From positions 64,001-128,000 of the IMG/VR virus record IMGVR_UViG_3300035498_000371: a DNA stretch of 64,000 nt, one strand, 5' to 3'. Of this stretch, positions 41,296 to 51,587 are shown one piece after another (within the stretch, counting starts at the first letter, position 1; the number at the start of each line of letters is the position of its first letter). Below the pieces are notes generated by a model, which saw nothing but the letters and a program-made list of their open reading frames with translations, did not search any database and was not told the DNA's origin. A program made the position numbers and the translations under genes. The stretch is from a virus. Taxonomy: Duplodnaviria; Caudoviricetes.

Positions 41296-41685
41296 CTAAT
41301 TTAATAATTGGTCTAAGATATAAGTTGCTCCTGCACTCATATTATCATTATCTTGATCATACTCTAGGGTATAAGCTCCATCACCAGTGTTTATAATGAT
41401 TCCAAGAGAATGATTCTTCAATACGCCTACAGTGATATCTATAGGCTCTAATTCTGGCAAAAAATGTTCAATCTGATATTTAATATCAGATTTCAGATCT
41501 TGAAGCATATTCTCATCATTATTGTAACGGTATTTGGATCTTATTCCAACTCCCATAGTTGGATGAGATTGGAATTTGCCTGGTTCTAGATAGATTATAT
41601 ATATAATATGAATGTAAGCAGCATCAGAACTTTCAAATACCTTTGGCATTTTGAAAGCATTTTCAGATAATACATGAGCTTGCAT
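41296..41685 (-). CDS. Baseplate wedge gp25-like protein
   Basis: LEPGKFQSHPTMGVGI...IKYQIEHFLP; SD AAGGAGGT; late motif at 41706-41717. Confidence 0.65.
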   Translation of the reverse strand: MQAHVLSENAFKMPKVFESSDAAYIHIIYIIYLEPGKFQSHPTMGVGIRSKYRYNNDENMLQDLKSDIKYQIEHFLPELEPIDITVGVLKNHSLGIIINTGDGAYTLEYDQDNDNMSAGATYILDQLLN

Positions 41686-41824
41686 GATTATACCTCCTTC
41701 ATCATTATTTAAAAGTTGTAGTAGTAAAAATTTACATGAAGGCAAATTGCGATTAAATCATATATTATAAAAATGATCATAATTTAGAATCAGAACAAAA
41801 ATTAAATTAAGGAGGTATAAAATT

Positions 41825-42439
41825 ATGATATTTAATTACATTACAGAGGAAGCTAAATTTATAACAGAGCAGGAAATACTTGATTGTATTTCTGAAGAAA
41901 GTGACGATGGCGCTATAGTTATCAATTCAATAATTATTGATGAAAAGCTAGTACTTGAAACTGTAAATTCTGGCGAAGTAAATATGCCAGTAAAGCGCAA
42001 TAATAGTAGGGTAATAATGATAGGTAATCAGACAGATCAACATGGTCCTAGAATGAAAGTATCTGCTTATGCTGGTAAAATTAGTAAAAGATCTAGCGAC
42101 GAAGATGACGGCAAGGGCTATATTAGTATATTTATGAGAAAGGAGCATGGTAAAGATGGTCTGCCTGTATTAGATCATAAGGGAAATATTAAAGATATCG
42201 ATATGAAGCAATCAGAGCTAAAATTATATTATGATTTCTTTGTTGATAATTATAATTTAATTAGGCTAGCGCGTGATAACGATAATAGTACGCTTTGTGA
42301 TAAAGCTCTAGTTAAAGATGCCAAATTACGTAAAGACGGAGTTAAGATTGAACGAGGCCGAAATGGAGATTTATATGTGTATGATAAGAATGGCAATATA
42401 GATTATAAAGAAAATTTGAAAGGTGAAGAAATATCATGA
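41825..42439 (+). CDS. Hypothetical protein with N-terminal repeated [IV]xE motifs and HGPRMKV motif
   Basis: ITEE, ITEQ, ISEE, IDEK, VLET; strong SD. Confidence 0.7.
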   Translation: MIFNYITEEAKFITEQEILDCISEESDDGAIVINSIIIDEKLVLETVNSGEVNMPVKRNNSRVIMIGNQTDQHGPRMKVSAYAGKISKRSSDEDDGKGYISIFMRKEHGKDGLPVLDHKGNIKDIDMKQSELKLYYDFFVDNYNLIRLARDNDNSTLCDKALVKDAKLRKDGVKIERGRNGDLYVYDKNGNIDYKENLKGEEIS

Positions 42440-42870
42440 TGATATATCAAATAAAATTAGAGTGCTTAAGTAAACATGATAGTTTTGTAACTACTCATTC
42501 ACCAATGTTATTGCCAAATAGCATGATAGAAATGAGAAATAATATGCAATACCCTACAAAAGAAGCATTTGATTATGCTATAGGGGATTATATTAATGCA
42601 AAAGATGATATAATAAAAGCGGCAAAAAATGAAAATTGGAAAATGAGATTTCTTCCCAGAAATAAAATGCACGCTTTTATGCTGCTATATTTATTTTCCG
42701 AAGATAAAAATGGTAAAGTTCTAGTATATTATTACGATTACGATACAAAAACAATGCTTGAACTTTATACAATAAATACCGATTGGTTTACAAGTCCTAC
42801 TAAAGATGCTGAAGACTACCCATGCCTAAGTTATTTATTGGAGTCTGTTTACGGTATAAAAATTAAATAA
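42436..42870 (+). CDS. Hypothetical protein
   Basis: ATGA overlap with previous gene. Confidence 0.7.
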   Translation: MMIYQIKLECLSKHDSFVTTHSPMLLPNSMIEMRNNMQYPTKEAFDYAIGDYINAKDDIIKAAKNENWKMRFLPRNKMHAFMLLYLFSEDKNGKVLVYYYDYDTKTMLELYTINTDWFTSPTKDAEDYPCLSYLLESVYGIKIK

Positions 42871-42966
42871 AAAGAATAGAGCATGGTTATTATAACCATG
42901 CTCTTACTATATTTATTTTTGCCCAAGACATCAAAGTAATTTATTAATAAAGGAGGTAGTTCGAAT

Positions 42967-45900
42967 ATGTCTACTAAGAAATATAAATGCCCATATTGCA
43001 ATGCTAGATTAGAGAGATCGGCATTAATTAAGCATGTAGATAAATTCCATCAGGAGTTAATTCCTGATGGGTTTACCTCAACTAGAATTGTTTATAATTC
43101 AGTTAATAAGACTGATGGTGGCAAATGTAGAGTATGTGGTAAACCTACAGAGTGGAGAGAAGATACCGGTAGATATAACGTTCTTTGTAAAGATCCAAAA
43201 TGCAAGCAGAAGATGAGGGATGATTATAAAAAGAATATGCTTCGTGTTAGAGGTACTTATAATATTCTTAATGATCCAGAGCAACAGGAAAAGATGCTTG
43301 CTAATAGATCCATCTCAGGAGAATATCAATTCTCAGATGGTGGTAAGGTAGGTTATACGGGAACTTACGAAAAGAAATGCTTAGAGTTCATGGATGTTGT
43401 TATGCAGATTAAATCAGACGATATTATGTCTCCAGGACCATCCATGGAATACACTTATAATGGCGCTAAGCATATTTATATTCCAGACTTCTATTATGTA
43501 CCATATAATTTAATTATCGAAGTTAAGGATGGTGGAGATAATCCTAATACTAAATTATCTCCAGGAATGAAGTCTTCAAGAGAACGTACTATAGAGAAAG
43601 AGCGTATGATTACTGATAAAGGAATCTATAATTATATCAGGTTAACCAATAACAACTTTCAGCAATTAATAGAAGTATTTATGGATATTAAATATGCTCT
43701 TATTGAAGGTGATCCTAGAAAGACTGTTAAGGTTAATGAATCATCAGATATTGATTTTTTTGAAGAATATGAATCTTTATCTGAGAATGGAATTATTACC
43801 ACTAAAGATTTGGAATATAATTTAGATCAATGGAAAATTGGTGGTAAGAATATTCTATTTATTACAGGCTTATCTGGTTCTGGTAAATCTACTAAGGCTG
43901 CTAAGTTGGCTAAAGAGAATAATGCTATTAATATAGAGATTGATCTCTTTGAGCATAACGATATTGTATTCGATAAGAATACAAATAATGATGATGGTAA
44001 TATTATTGTAAAAGAATACTTTGAAAAGAAATATGGGGGTGCTAGAAAGATGCCTCAGGGCGATCCTAAGTTGCCGCATATGCTTTATGATTTCATTAAA
44101 TATTGTATAAATTATGCTTCAAAGCATAAGGATCGTTTATTCATCATGGAAGGCATTCAGTTAGCAGATTTAGAGATGGCAGAAGAGCTTAAGAATTATC
44201 CTGTTATTATAGTAAATACCAGTATTATAAAATCAATGTATAGGGCAGCTAAGCGTGAAGGTATTAAGGATTATTTTAATTCTTTTAAATCATTCTCTGA
44301 TTTCTTAGGTTGGTTCAAATGGTATTTGCAGATGGATAAAAACAATAAGAAGTTTGCTAAAGATTTGAAAGAATCTACGTTTAATGAATCAACAACTCTT
44401 AAGAACTGTAAAAGATTAAATAATTATGGCGGTAATTTATATTTTATATCTCAAGAAGAATTAAACGGGAAAATATTATCTCCAAGAATACCGGATAATT
44501 ATTTTACAAAAAATAATTATGAAGATAACACTATCAAAAGAGTATGCTTTGCTCCATCTATAGATAAATGCTTAATGGGTTTATCTCAGAATCTTAAAGG
44601 AGAAGAACTTTATGTATATGAACCAGATGGGGAATATGAAATTTACAAACCAGATAAAAATCTTGTTCCCGATTCATCAATAACAGGAGAGTTATGGATA
44701 TTGAAACCTGTTAAATTGAAGAAGCTTGCCAAGATCAAAGTAATAGGTGATGCTGGAGAAGATGGAATACCTTTCTATTATGGCGATAATAAAGCTGAGT
44801 TATATAAATGGAATTATAAAATAATAGATGAATCTACGATTCCTGAAAAATGTAAGAAGTGCGGAGGAGATATCAAGGTTTATCTTAGAGGAGAACCAGT
44901 ATATCTTTGCTCCGATTGCGGGGAATATTATGGCACGGTTCCATTTAAAGAAGACGCTATATTAAAGTCTAAGAATGAACCGTTCTTTTTCTATCATCTA
45001 TTACCAAAAGGCGCTAGCATAACTAATGGTATTACAAGTTTGGAATATCAATATAATCATAATATGAATGATTTCCTGAAGAACTCCAATAAATACAGAA
45101 CCAGATTATGCGGCGGTTGGAATATTTACCCTGGCAGAAATCCAAACTCTTTATCTTCTGAAGAAATACATGAGGGTATAAATCAATTCAGGCATTCAAA
45201 TGGTGGTTGTAATAGAATTTATTTATTCAGATATGCCCCATATGAAAATCTTGGTTCTCAAATGAAGAAAATATTGGCGGGCAAAGATATTTATAGAGTT
45301 GATGTGAGTAAGCTTTTAAAAGATGGTATAATAATCGATATTGATTATGGTTATATAGATTCTAATACAGATAATGATAAATTAAGCGAGGATTGGTATA
45401 GAAATATATCCTATGATGATTATTTCAAAAACTACACAGAAGATAATCCTGATCGCCTGTTATTCAGTTATATGAACCATATAAGCGTTACTCCTAAGAA
45501 TGGGGTTATTCCTAAGAAATATTTAACGAAAATTGATAAGTCTAATTCATTATCTTTACAAGAAACTGATACTATATTAGAGCAATCAAACCCAGATAAT
45601 CTTGTTTTTATTGATATTAATAGAGACAAGAACACTACAGTTAAATATCTTAAGCAGAGGAATAGCAAGTATACAAATTATCTTGATAATTACATTGGAG
45701 AAATCATTGTAGATCAGGATAAAGATAAGCTTGCAGGCCAAGTATTTATTGGTAAGAAAGGAACGAAGGATGAAGGTTTCATTACAGGATTAGAAGTCTA
45801 TAAGCCTTATAAGAATAAAGGTTTAGGAAGTAAGTTGTTAGATGATGCTGTTAAGAAATATAATGGTATTGATCTTACAGTTTATAAGGATAATGATATA

Positions 45901-46257
45901 GCTATAAGAATGTATAAGAAATATGGATTCGTTATATTAGGTCCTGGAAATACCAAGAATAATGATTATTACATGAAGCTTAAGAGTAAGGTTTCTAAAT
46001 CAGACAAGAAATCAATCAAAGAATCTTCTGGAATGACTGCGGATCAGGTAGATAGATTTTATACCCTATTAAAGCAAAGATTAGACGAAGATGAGGAATT
46101 TGAGAAGTATGAATCTGCATTAACGCCATATAACAAAGATACAGATGGACCAAATGAGTTTCCTAAAGAAAAGTCTAACTTTAGTGCAGATGATCTTAGT
46201 AATACAGAGATCGATGATTTAAGTTTTGATGATTTAGACGACGATGAAGAGGACTAA
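42967..46257 (+). CDS. Polyvalent multidomain protein: C2H2/Zn finger, PD-(D/E)xK nuclease-like, P-loop kinase, two ART-like/unknown modules, Zn ribbon, GNAT acetyltransferase, acidic tail
   Basis: CPYC...H...H; YIPDF..NLIIEVKD; ITGLSGSGKST; RVCFAPSIDKCL; CKKC..CSDC; LEVYKPYKNKGLGSKLL...NDIAIRMYKKYGF; late motif GACA-TCAAAG-TA at 42927. Confidence 0.8.
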   Translation: MSTKKYKCPYCNARLERSALIKHVDKFHQELIPDGFTSTRIVYNSVNKTDGGKCRVCGKPTEWREDTGRYNVLCKDPKCKQKMRDDYKKNMLRVRGTYNILNDPEQQEKMLANRSISGEYQFSDGGKVGYTGTYEKKCLEFMDVVMQIKSDDIMSPGPSMEYTYNGAKHIYIPDFYYVPYNLIIEVKDGGDNPNTKLSPGMKSSRERTIEKERMITDKGIYNYIRLTNNNFQQLIEVFMDIKYALIEGDPRKTVKVNESSDIDFFEEYESLSENGIITTKDLEYNLDQWKIGGKNILFITGLSGSGKSTKAAKLAKENNAINIEIDLFEHNDIVFDKNTNNDDGNIIVKEYFEKKYGGARKMPQGDPKLPHMLYDFIKYCINYASKHKDRLFIMEGIQLADLEMAEELKNYPVIIVNTSIIKSMYRAAKREGIKDYFNSFKSFSDFLGWFKWYLQMDKNNKKFAKDLKESTFNESTTLKNCKRLNNYGGNLYFISQEELNGKILSPRIPDNYFTKNNYEDNTIKRVCFAPSIDKCLMGLSQNLKGEELYVYEPDGEYEIYKPDKNLVPDSSITGELWILKPVKLKKLAKIKVIGDAGEDGIPFYYGDNKAELYKWNYKIIDESTIPEKCKKCGGDIKVYLRGEPVYLCSDCGEYYGTVPFKEDAILKSKNEPFFFYHLLPKGASITNGITSLEYQYNHNMNDFLKNSNKYRTRLCGGWNIYPGRNPNSLSSEEIHEGINQFRHSNGGCNRIYLFRYAPYENLGSQMKKILAGKDIYRVDVSKLLKDGIIIDIDYGYIDSNTDNDKLSEDWYRNISYDDYFKNYTEDNPDRLLFSYMNHISVTPKNGVIPKKYLTKIDKSNSLSLQETDTILEQSNPDNLVFIDINRDKNTTVKYLKQRNSKYTNYLDNYIGEIIVDQDKDKLAGQVFIGKKGTKDEGFITGLEVYKPYKNKGLGSKLLDDAVKKYNGIDLTVYKDNDIAIRMYKKYGFVILGPGNTKNNDYYMKLKSKVSKSDKKSIKESSGMTADQVDRFYTLLKQRLDEDEEFEKYESALTPYNKDTDGPNEFPKEKSNFSADDLSNTEIDDLSFDDLDDDEED

Positions 46258-46360
46258 ATTAACGGGCAGGATTATACCTGCCCGTCATCCTTTTATTTTT
46301 TAGTAATATAATATAGATTTGAGTAGTAGTATTAAAATATAATTTATGGAGGTGATTAAT

Positions 46361-46792
46361 ATGAACAGACGTTTAATTAAGCAGAAAGTTATCGAGGCAA
46401 TCAATCTTAGAGACGATCTTATTCAAGAGATGAAGAATTGTGGAATTCGTTCTGATTTTTCTGATAAGCCGTATCATAATGCCATTCGAGGACAGATAGC
46501 TGAGAATGCAGCGTTAGTTATCGAATACTATTACGGGCTACCAGCAAAAATATATACTCCTATAGGATATATATCAATCACAGGTGGTTATCACAGAGAA
46601 ACTATTCCTGGAGGATACGACAAAATTACCAAAATACTTGAAGAAAAATATGGATTTAAACTTGCACGCCCGGCAGAAAAATCAACTATAGGCGAGCTTG
46701 GTCCATGGTATTCTAAAGATGGAACTATGGTAATGGCTGAAGAGGAATTAGACAGCGATACCGCTAGGGAAATATTTGCATCATTAACTTAA
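46361..46792 (+). CDS. Hypothetical early protein
   Basis: TATAATATA promoter motif, GGAGGTG SD, terminator. Confidence 0.7.
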   Translation: MNRRLIKQKVIEAINLRDDLIQEMKNCGIRSDFSDKPYHNAIRGQIAENAALVIEYYYGLPAKIYTPIGYISITGGYHRETIPGGYDKITKILEEKYGFKLARPAEKSTIGELGPWYSKDGTMVMAEEELDSDTAREIFASLT

Positions 46793-46852
46793 TACTTATG
46801 GGAAGCCTATATAGGCTTCCCTACAATTTTTGAAAATGGAGGTTAAAGAATT

Positions 46853-47548
46853 ATGTTTTTACCAATTAATGTTTTAGAAGATCCAATGAAATTAGTAGAT
46901 ATGTTTTGCAATAAGCAAGTGTTTAGAATACGAGTTTATGATATTCCAAATAATACAATTATAGACTACGCAAATGCTCAGCCAATGCACACTCCGTATA
47001 TACGTACAGCGCGAATATTTGAAGATAAACCTTCAACAGCAAAACTCAGCGTAGATTATAAGAGCGATATAAATAAATATATTCGTGATTGTTATAGTGC
47101 TGTAAGTTTGTTAGATATGGCTGTACAGATTATGTTTGAGTATAATGAACCTGTAGTAGAAAAAAGACGATTATATGCTGATGATAATATAAAAGCGCCG
47201 GATACGGGTAAACTAAGCACCGCATATTATCAAGATCTTTTTAGAAAGAGAACCGAAATACTTGGTTGCGTAAGATACACATGGAGGGATATAGTCAAAA
47301 TCAACGGTAAGGTATATTGTGAAGAATTTCCAATATCAGGTAAGAAAGATGCTGAAGATATTTATCAGATAGATGATTTCATCGAAGCAGTTGCTAAAAA
47401 GCATGGAGTTGATACAGATGATGTAGAAACTCTTACAATGAATAATAATCTTGATATCGGAGATATAAAAGATTTAGAATACGGGATAGAAAAATGCGGA
47501 TGCTATATTAATGGTATAGCGGAATGGTTGCTTCCTGTAAAAATGTAA
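46853..47548 (+). CDS. Hypothetical protein
   Basis: GGAGG SD. Confidence 0.7.
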   Translation: MFLPINVLEDPMKLVDMFCNKQVFRIRVYDIPNNTIIDYANAQPMHTPYIRTARIFEDKPSTAKLSVDYKSDINKYIRDCYSAVSLLDMAVQIMFEYNEPVVEKRRLYADDNIKAPDTGKLSTAYYQDLFRKRTEILGCVRYTWRDIVKINGKVYCEEFPISGKKDAEDIYQIDDFIEAVAKKHGVDTDDVETLTMNNNLDIGDIKDLEYGIEKCGCYINGIAEWLLPVKM

Positions 47549-47610
47549 CTTTTCGGTGGTATAATATACCAGTGTAGTAGTAGAAGAAAACTTATATGGA
47601 GGTAAAAGAT

Positions 47611-48210
47611 ATGAAAGTTACTATTTTAAATGATGTTGAGGTTGAGCTTAATACGCATTCAGAGCTTGGTATTTTATATTGGTTCCTTGTTAGTAGGTAT
47701 GGAACCATGTACAAGCAGATCATGATCAATGATATTTATATTACCAGAGTAGAGACAGATCCAGATGCTGAAATTAGCAAATGTTCTATCTTCCGTCGTG
47801 ATGTTGACGAGAATGGTGATGAAGTATTACATGATGTTGAAATTGAATACAAGGCTTCGGAAGTAGCAGAAGAACTTAACAACCAGACAAAAGATGCTAA
47901 TCTTGATTATAATAAGGCCGGAGAATATTCAGCACTTGATTTCAAGGGTAGTTTACTTACCACATTGAATATCGGAGATCGTAGCGTGACAGCTAAGTTT
48001 CCTGCGCGAGTATTTACTCAGGCAGATGCGAAAGATTCAGATAAGCTTTACGTTGATTTGAATTGTTGTCCTGATATTGTAGCATGTGGAGCAGACGAAG
48101 CAGCAGAAGACGTATTCAATTATAGATTACGCTTCAAGCAGCTTGAACGTGATATCATTTATGAGTTGGATCTTGTAGATCCGATTTACTCAGTAGCAAT
48201 GGAAGTATAA
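47611..48210 (+). CDS. Hypothetical early protein
   Basis: TATAATATA promoter motif, GGAGGT SD. Confidence 0.7.
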   Translation: MKVTILNDVEVELNTHSELGILYWFLVSRYGTMYKQIMINDIYITRVETDPDAEISKCSIFRRDVDENGDEVLHDVEIEYKASEVAEELNNQTKDANLDYNKAGEYSALDFKGSLLTTLNIGDRSVTAKFPARVFTQADAKDSDKLYVDLNCCPDIVACGADEAAEDVFNYRLRFKQLERDIIYELDLVDPIYSVAMEV

Positions 48211-48271
48211 GTCTATAGGGTGGTTATTAAACCACCCTAAATTTTAATTAATGAAAGTGAGGAATAAAATT

Positions 48272-48715
48272 ATGTTTAACGAGAAAAGAGAAGTATTTGA
48301 TGATATAATGGAAAGGCTTGATGATTTAGCAGCAGGTCAGAGACCTAATCTGCTTAAGCGTTATCTTACAGATGACAATCGCGAGTTAAAGTTTGGTGAC
48401 TATCCTGTAATAGATGAGATCATCAATAATTCACTTGTAGATTGGACTATAGGAGAACAAATAAAAATTGACTTTAAGAAAAAGCTTACATTAAAGGGAT
48501 TCGTAGAAGTTGTCAGCATATCATCTTTGGATGCAGAAAATGGTTACAGGAAAACAGCAACTTATGACAAGAAAGAGTGGAAGTATTTTAGGAATCAAGT
48601 TGAAAAGCTTAGATCAAAACATCACAAAGAAGTTTGCAGAGAAGCATCTGAAAGAAACAAACTAATCATTACAGACCTTGCAAATTATAAAGATATCTTC
48701 GAAGCTGTAATGTAA
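48272..48715 (+). CDS. Hypothetical protein
   Basis: GAGG SD, terminator downstream. Confidence 0.7.
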   Translation: MFNEKREVFDDIMERLDDLAAGQRPNLLKRYLTDDNRELKFGDYPVIDEIINNSLVDWTIGEQIKIDFKKKLTLKGFVEVVSISSLDAENGYRKTATYDKKEWKYFRNQVEKLRSKHHKEVCREASERNKLIITDLANYKDIFEAVM

Positions 48716-48861
48716 ATACAACTGAATATTGAGAATAGATTAGCAGGATAGCAGAAATGCTATCCTGTATTTTCTATTAATATTTTTATTTTTTATATTC
48801 TGAACCTATAAACACGTAAATAAATTATGCACGTTAAAATTATTTTTAGGAGGTATTATTT

Positions 48862-49353
48862 ATGAAAGATTATGATGATGGAAGATGCTGCAAGGTTCTT
48901 ATCAAACCAATATGTTTTGATGCAAGAAATGTCATAGCTACCCAAGTAACACAAATTGGCGAAGAGCATGTTAATAATAGCATGGATGATGGGCGTGTTG
49001 TTGGGCTTGGAAGTGGTCAAAACGAGCTTGAAATTAAAACCTACGGAGATATTATTCCAGGTATCACTTTATCCACCGATAATATATTTAGATATCGTTG
49101 GAAAGACTGTAACGCAACCGATAATGATAATAGCTATGTACTGGAGCTATCATCAAATGATGATAATCAGTTTAAGCATATGATGAACTTTGTTCACAGC
49201 CAGTTTGATAGGCATAAATTTGTTAAAGACGGTAGAATTAAGATAGAGGACTGCGGGGAACGTAAAGCAAAGATTTCTATATCGTATGCTCTTAAAGGTG
49301 TTGTACCATTTTTTGTATTTATAGATGTGGATGATTTTGTTAAAAACAGGTAA
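48862..49353 (+). CDS. Hypothetical protein
   Basis: Late motif AACA-CGTAAA-TA (48811-48822), AGGAGGT SD. Confidence 0.7.
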   Translation: MKDYDDGRCCKVLIKPICFDARNVIATQVTQIGEEHVNNSMDDGRVVGLGSGQNELEIKTYGDIIPGITLSTDNIFRYRWKDCNATDNDNSYVLELSSNDDNQFKHMMNFVHSQFDRHKFVKDGRIKIEDCGERKAKISISYALKGVVPFFVFIDVDDFVKNR

Positions 49354-49486
49354 TAACAATATAAGCGGCTAGGGATTTCCCTAGCCGTTATTATTTTTTA
49401 AATCATTCCTAAACTTTTAATTAACGATATATTATAGAGTTAAATACATAACGTATTTGAATGAAATTTTTAAGGAGGAAATAATA

Positions 49487-49921
49487 ATGGCTCATGATAA
49501 TCCTGTTGTAATAGGAATAATAAATTTTGAAGAAGATTTAAACGAAGCAGAAATAGGCGGAAATGATAGGTTTAGACCGTCTAAAATAGGAGTATGCAAA
49601 GTGGAAGTTTATGCAAATGAAGGGCAGAAGCCACATTTTCATTTATATAAATTAAATGGAAATGATGAGTTTGAAACTTGCATTTGTATTTATTCAAATA
49701 ATTATTTTTCTCATGGAGGAAAATATACTTCTAAAATGAATAATAAACAGTGTAAAGAATTAAATACGTGGCTTAATAAGCCAAATAAGAAAGATCCAAC
49801 TATAACAAATTGGCAAGCTGCTGTAAACCAATGGGAAATGGGTAATGGTGGCAAAAACTTTAAAGATAAAACCAATAATCAACCAGATTATGATAAAATG
49901 AATAGTTTTAGCGATAAGTAA
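49487..49921 (+). CDS. DUF4160-like PHFH protein, paralog 1
   Basis: KVEVYANEGQKPHFH...CICI..N.YF.H...TNW...W. Confidence 0.6.
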   Translation: MAHDNPVVIGIINFEEDLNEAEIGGNDRFRPSKIGVCKVEVYANEGQKPHFHLYKLNGNDEFETCICIYSNNYFSHGGKYTSKMNNKQCKELNTWLNKPNKKDPTITNWQAAVNQWEMGNGGKNFKDKTNNQPDYDKMNSFSDK

Positions 49922-49936
49922 TACGGAGGTATAATT

Positions 49937-50338
49937 ATGGTAGAAGGTCATGGAAGAGATGAAATGCTTGCTGGCGAATTACAGTTTAAAAGCATTGGTC
50001 TTGCTAAAATATGGGTATTTGGAGATGAGGGAGATATTGAACCTCATTTTCATATAATGAATGATGAAGGAATAAATATTGCTGTATGTATTTTTAGAAA
50101 TGAATGTTTATTGCAGCATTCAACTATGCTTAAAGCATTATATGCTAGCGATTATGAAATATTAAATAAGTGGTTAAATGAAAACGTATCGTATTTACCA
50201 TTCAAGGTCAATATGACTAATTGGAAGAACATAGCTTTTACGTGGGATTGCTGTAATGGTGGAAATACCGATATTGATAAACCACAGCCGCAATATTTAA
50301 TAAATATGCTATTACTGCCAGAAGATGGCATTAATTAA
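49937..50338 (+). CDS. DUF4160-like PHFH protein, paralog 2
   Basis: KIWVFGDEGDIEPHFHI...AVCIF. Confidence 0.6.
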   Translation: MVEGHGRDEMLAGELQFKSIGLAKIWVFGDEGDIEPHFHIMNDEGINIAVCIFRNECLLQHSTMLKALYASDYEILNKWLNENVSYLPFKVNMTNWKNIAFTWDCCNGGNTDIDKPQPQYLINMLLLPEDGIN

Positions 50339-50359
50339 AAATCTTAAAAGGAGTTATTT

Positions 50360-50734
50360 ATGTTGGTGCAGCATGGAAGAGACGAAAAATTTGTTGGAGA
50401 ATTTAATTTCGAAAACATAGGATTTGCTAAAATATGGGTTTATGGAGATGAAGAAAATCTTCCTCCGCATTTTCATATTATAAACGAATCAACAGATTTA
50501 GCTGTATGCATTTTTGATAATGCGTATTTACCAGAACATTCTAAATATACAGAAATGCTAACTGATAAAGATTGTGAAATGCTGAATAAATGGTTTGCGG
50601 AAAATATATCAGATTTACCATTTAAGATTGATAACTGGAATGCAACTGCAGGATTATGGGAATCTAGTAATGGCTTATCTGGTAGAGAACGCAAGCAAAC
50701 TTATTATTCAGTAGATGGTTTGACACCAAAATAA
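50360..50734 (+). CDS. DUF4160-like PHFH protein, paralog 3
   Basis: KIWVYGDEENLPPHFHI...AVCIF; close to paralog 2 at the DNA level. Confidence 0.6.
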   Translation: MLVQHGRDEKFVGEFNFENIGFAKIWVYGDEENLPPHFHIINESTDLAVCIFDNAYLPEHSKYTEMLTDKDCEMLNKWFAENISDLPFKIDNWNATAGLWESSNGLSGRERKQTYYSVDGLTPK

Positions 50735-50760
50735 TTAAAATCTTAAAAGGAGGTTGTTAT

Positions 50761-51210
50761 ATGAACAACAAATATTTCATCAAAATAGTAACACTTAACG
50801 AAGAGCTTTGCGATAAAGCATTACCTTCAGTAGAAAGAGAGGTGACGGATTTATTGCAGCTCAAAGGAAAGGCAGATATTACCGTAGAGGTAAAAAGATT
50901 AGAAAATAGCTTTATTATAGCCATGAATGAAAACATTGGAATGTATCCTACAATAAGTTTAGGACAGGAGCCTGGGATTCATACAGAAACTGAATTCGAT
51001 AAGGCTAACAACTTTGTTATTACAATTGATTGCGATAGCGAAGAAAATGCAAAGAAAGTCGCTACAAGAATTCATGAGAATTTTAGAGGAAATAGCGATT
51101 ATGTAGACTCAAAGATATTACTGAATTTTGACGGCACCAGTGTAACGATAGGAATTGGCGCTGAAACAGATTTTATACCGTTAATTAAATTTGTAGCAGA
51201 TAATCAATAA
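50761..51210 (+). CDS. Hypothetical protein
   Basis: AAGGAGGT SD. Confidence 0.7.
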   Translation: MNNKYFIKIVTLNEELCDKALPSVEREVTDLLQLKGKADITVEVKRLENSFIIAMNENIGMYPTISLGQEPGIHTETEFDKANNFVITIDCDSEENAKKVATRIHENFRGNSDYVDSKILLNFDGTSVTIGIGAETDFIPLIKFVADNQ

Positions 51211-51333
51211 ATGCATTGTTGTCGGTCAAAAATTTATTAGGCGGGGCTCCCCCGCCTTTAATTTTTTCTTCAATTAATTATTACTGAACAATTAAGTGGC
51301 GCTGTTTAATAATACTATTTGGAGGAAGGTTCT

Positions 51334-51507
51334 ATGAAGGATAAAGGATTCGCTAGATTTGGGTATGTATTGAGAGGAGTAACTAATAAAGATATAAGGA
51401 TATTAGACGAGCATGAGATTAGATATTCTTTAAGAGGGCACGGTAACGCATATTTTGATTATTTGGATGAAAGGAATAAAGCAGCGAGGCTTCTAAATAA
51501 ATCATGA
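51334..51507 (+). CDS. Small hypothetical protein
   Basis: GGAGG SD; late-like AACA-N6-TG at 51287. Confidence 0.55.
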   Translation: MKDKGFARFGYVLRGVTNKDIRILDEHEIRYSLRGHGNAYFDYLDERNKAARLLNKS

Positions 51508-51587
51508 TGAATACTATTCCATTTTAATTATATAATATAATCTTGTATGAATAATACAAGAATATATTTTTAAGGAGGAATAATATA

